Assembly: GCA_050948865.1 (NCBI GenBank) | Contig: JBMNEQ010000004.1 | Span: forward strand, 62,477 to 126,476 | Source: Bacilli bacterium | Lineage (GTDB): Bacteria > Bacillota_I > Bacilli_A > RF39 > UBA660 | Length of the DNA: 64,000 bases | Direction: 5' to 3' | Shown: in pieces, positions 62,201 through 64,000 of the stretch | Position numbering within the stretch: the stretch's first letter is position 1 | Layout of the letters: every line of letters starts with the position of its first letter | The notes under the pieces: generated by a model | The model's input: only the letters and a program-made list of their open reading frames with translations | Told to the model about the DNA's origin: nothing | Databases searched by the model: none | Translations under genes and position numbers: made by a program

Positions 62201-63415
62201 ATTATTAAAAATAATGTTATAAATGGAAGTATTTCTTTTACAGGAAAAACCAATTCAGGTTGGGATCCTTTATCTATTAACGAATATCCAAATATAAAAA
62301 ATAATGTTATTAATGGAACAAATGAAGGAATGTTATTGAATAGTCGTGATAGTGATGAAGGTAATTTAATTAGTAATGATCTTTTAAATATGATTATCGA
62401 AAATAATGAGTTCCCTAGTGGAGAAATAGGTATAATGAAGGATAGTTATGAATGTTATGATGCAGAATTACATAGAAAAAGACTTATTTTAAATCCTTTG
62501 ATTATTAATACTACAACTAGTTTTTCTTATTTAACTCTTCAAAATGCAATTAATGATGCTAACGAAGGAGATACTATTAAATTATTTGATCATCTTCAAC
62601 TTAGTTCGACAATAAATATTTCTAATCTTAATTTTACACTAGATTTGAATGGTCATAGTTTGACAACTCCAGATGCTGAGGGTTCGGCTGCCCAAACGGT
62701 GTTTAAAATTGTTGGGGAGTCTAATGTTACGATACAAGGTAAAGGTTTGATTCAATCAGGGACCACTACTAGTTATGAAGGGTTTGTTAATATGACTCCA
62801 ACAATCCATATAAATGATGCAAATTCTAGTCTTACAATAGATAATGCAACTATTAAAGGTGGAGATTCCATTAATTCACGAGATACAGCACCGGCCCTTT
62901 GGGGTCAAAACTTTAAGGAAATTAACATTATTGATGCAACTATACTCGGGGGAGACCACATTAAGAAAAAAGATGTAGGTATTGGATATAACAATTATGC
63001 TACTGCAGGTTATGCGATTGATTTAAATGTAGCAAGTGGCAAAACTGTAAATATCATTAGAAGTACCATTAGTGGTGGTAATGGAATAAACGGTGGATAT
63101 AATACTTTTGAACAAGGTGAAGGATATAAGCAAGCTTCTGGTGGGCAAGCATTTTCTATGAATCAAACAAACGAAATAAATATTACAAATTCCACTATTA
63201 GGGGCGGTCACAGTGATTTACATCATGGAGGTCATGCTATTGTACGAGGCGTGGGGAAATTTGATATAAAAGCCTCTAGTTTAGTTGGTGGAAATGGTAA
63301 TAAAGAAAATGGATATTCGGCAGGAAAAGGAGTATCTGGCTATGATTCTGGAAGTGGTAGTTACACTATTGATGAAAACTCTACTATAACTGATGGAGGT
63401 TCAAGTAATTCATAA
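59285..63415 (+). CDS. large exported surface protein: N-terminal signal-anchor, acidic linker, about 6 DUF5011/Ig-like repeats, parallel beta-helix (pectate-lyase-like) repeats, Gly-rich C-terminus
   Basis: N-terminal hydrophobic segment. Repeated ...DQGATATDNYDGDLT...TYNVTDSNGNEAEP..RTVIVKDTIKP modules (DUF5011-like). NNCTIYD.../ISNNNLDGS PbH1-type repeats. No LPXTG or SLH motif seen. Confidence 0.8.
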   Translation: MLNRKFIVAFAVTVLVFLGIYTFALNPPADEPKDDETGVKEEQKTPKEENIEGENIEEGEEAEEEFEEGTGSGLQFTPGRIIPTTSSVTNLPEKVEEDTEEPVVEEEVIPLSISGVEEGAYYNDEQQLEIKGTNIISVKRNGESVGFTGGNYSFSEEAEYEIVVTDNDNNTISVNFVIDTTVPSISGIEENTHTNNEVEITIEDKNLESVLVNDEIIELDENNKFVLSEENEYVVIVTDKANNQTKVEFVIDKTAPEVKLNGDKKIYLEFNQDYYDDKGATATDTFTATEELIFRNLIEYVEVIDGNKNFVKVSEIDNTKIGRYKVWYYFKDKAGNEGNAIRNVYVEDTTSPIIELIGDSEIIMNPSIFYFDQGATATDNYDGDLTKKIKKTGFVNPLIPGKYTITYNVTDSNGNEAEPVSRTVIVKDTIKPTVLLLPYGNNKAAKTHSTWVIVLDNHRVDNDSLKYIWTDSTEAPTKEEFSNEFRNFNVIKSPSDLNGTYYLWIYAKDVSGNETIVSSKAFNFDNEGPSVEVNYSITEETNENVVVTISANEKMQKVDGWTLSNDKKELKKDYKTNVSNERVVLKDLLGNSTEVFISITNIDKGKPDFKISRNIPFDQPTNQDVTLTFAIAYDNSGGFGLHDEPYSFDGGKTWTNDSSKTFSKNQSVNVMLRDKVGNTCSGSIKITNIDKETPVVTYNDKEQRTVKETITINPDGEYDVEGNNPFLVTDNSQEGYLEPYEIKIRYAPEWDGQNGTYNGKKVDKVDLGLLGVYRIDYKYKDEAGNKTYGAVWIYVVVGEKQVYNETKQILYDVIQEAINEADEGNTILVGPGEYDVAYIKESKKHYLLIEKPIIIKAAEMDNKPILVGDYNQIQAQGSHQQATIEIYNTDNVTLDGLVIHSIENYPSTFTKALEITNSNNTLINNCTIYDEGRTAIYIAGNEVGKYTISNNNLDGSIVVANGAGDGEGANEAIIKNNVINGSISFTGKTNSGWDPLSINEYPNIKNNVINGTNEGMLLNSRDSDEGNLISNDLLNMIIENNEFPSGEIGIMKDSYECYDAELHRKRLILNPLIINTTTSFSYLTLQNAINDANEGDTIKLFDHLQLSSTINISNLNFTLDLNGHSLTTPDAEGSAAQTVFKIVGESNVTIQGKGLIQSGTTTSYEGFVNMTPTIHINDANSSLTIDNATIKGGDSINSRDTAPALWGQNFKEINIIDATILGGDHIKKKDVGIGYNNYATAGYAIDLNVASGKTVNIIRSTISGGNGINGGYNTFEQGEGYKQASGGQAFSMNQTNEINITNSTIRGGHSDLHHGGHAIVRGVGKFDIKASSLVGGNGNKENGYSAGKGVSGYDSGSGSYTIDENSTITDGGSSNS

Positions 63416-63710
63416 GAATTAGAATAAACATAGGATACAGGGACATATTTACTGTCTTATAACGCAGTAATCTAAAACAAACTGGGTGGTTCAAAGTGAA
63501 TCATCCAGTTTTCTTTTTTATCCCATGGAAAAGCGAGCAATTAAGTTCCCTTCTGTGAAGTGTTTTTTTAACAAAAACAATCTTATCTGAATAAAAGATT
63601 ATCTATATTGATAACAAATTATAAAAGAGCATCTGCTCTTTTTTTCTTGTGAATAATGTTATATTATGCTAAAATTAAGTTGTAAGTAAGATAGTAAGGG
63701 AGTGAATGTA

Positions 63711-64000
63711 ATGGCATTTTTAAAGTTTAGACCGTTAACATCAAGATTTAATTTTAGGAAAACTTTGAAAGAAGAAGAATTAAATGAGGAGTTTAAAAGT
63801 TATTTACTTGATGGTGAAGAGATAATGATGTCTTTTTCTTCTGGTCGGGATGTGGGTATTTTTACTGATAAAAGAATTCTATTAATTGATATTAAGGGAT
63901 TAAGGGGTTTAAGAAGAAGTATTTTTACTCTTCGTTATGAATCTATTTCGGCTTATGAATTAAATGTTCGTTCTTTTGATAGTGCGATTAATATTACTAG
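63711..64000 (+). CDS. bacterial PH-domain (bPH)-like protein, 5' part; runs off the window end
   Basis: AAGGGAG RBS and ATG 63711. GRDVGIFTDKRILLIDIKG pattern resembles bPH/YdbS-like domains. Confidence 0.45.
   Translation, partial: MAFLKFRPLTSRFNFRKTLKEEELNEEFKSYLLDGEEIMMSFSSGRDVGIFTDKRILLIDIKGLRGLRRSIFTLRYESISAYELNVRSFDSAINIT

Noticed and set aside
61515-63211. Two 62-aa minus-strand ORFs inside the 1376-aa surface protein gene
   Set aside because: They are antisense artefacts. The forward frame is continuous with repeated recognisable domains.
1-64000. CRISPR arrays, rRNA and tRNA genes
   Set aside because: No regularly spaced direct repeats. No cloverleaf-compatible GC-rich 70-90-nt segments and no rRNA-like conserved stretches were seen in any intergenic region.

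Overview
This is a very AT-rich (roughly 25% GC) chromosomal segment from an endospore-forming Firmicute. It is almost entirely coding, with genes overwhelmingly on the + strand. Most of it is conserved housekeeping and sporulation backbone. The sporulation genes are the Bacillus/Clostridium-type block rpsT(-)-gpr-spoIIP-yqxA-lepA-spoVID-ysxE and a gerA-type germinant receptor operon (A-C-B order) on the minus strand. The housekeeping genes include miaB, serS (preceded by a T-box leader), hsp20, yceD-rpmF, rnj, recD2, proS, the rimM-trmD-rplS-lepB-rbgA-rnhB-topA run, an ABC transporter with an FtsX-type permease, and tdk.

Three patches look accessory:
- 20.9-28.0 kb: a Tad/Flp-type pilus secretion locus (two TadE-like pseudopilins, TadZ/CpaE, TadA/CpaF, TadB, TadC). 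It is preceded by a tandemly duplicated pair of genes whose products fuse a type IV prepilin leader (KKQG|FTLIELL) to a 'Fibrobacter succinogenes major paralogous' (TIGR02145-like) domain. The 3' ends of both genes are written in a strikingly GC-rich codon dialect that is foreign to the rest of the window.
- 18.4-19.7 kb: a lipoprotein serpin.
- 54.8-63.4 kb: an orphan 210-aa protein, a XerC/D-family tyrosine recombinase, an IS30-family insertion sequence, a second type I signal peptidase, and a 1376-aa exported protein with DUF5011/Ig-like and beta-helix repeats. This patch also carries a recurring TAAGTTCCC intergenic motif and a long nested palindrome.

No rRNA, tRNA or CRISPR features were found.
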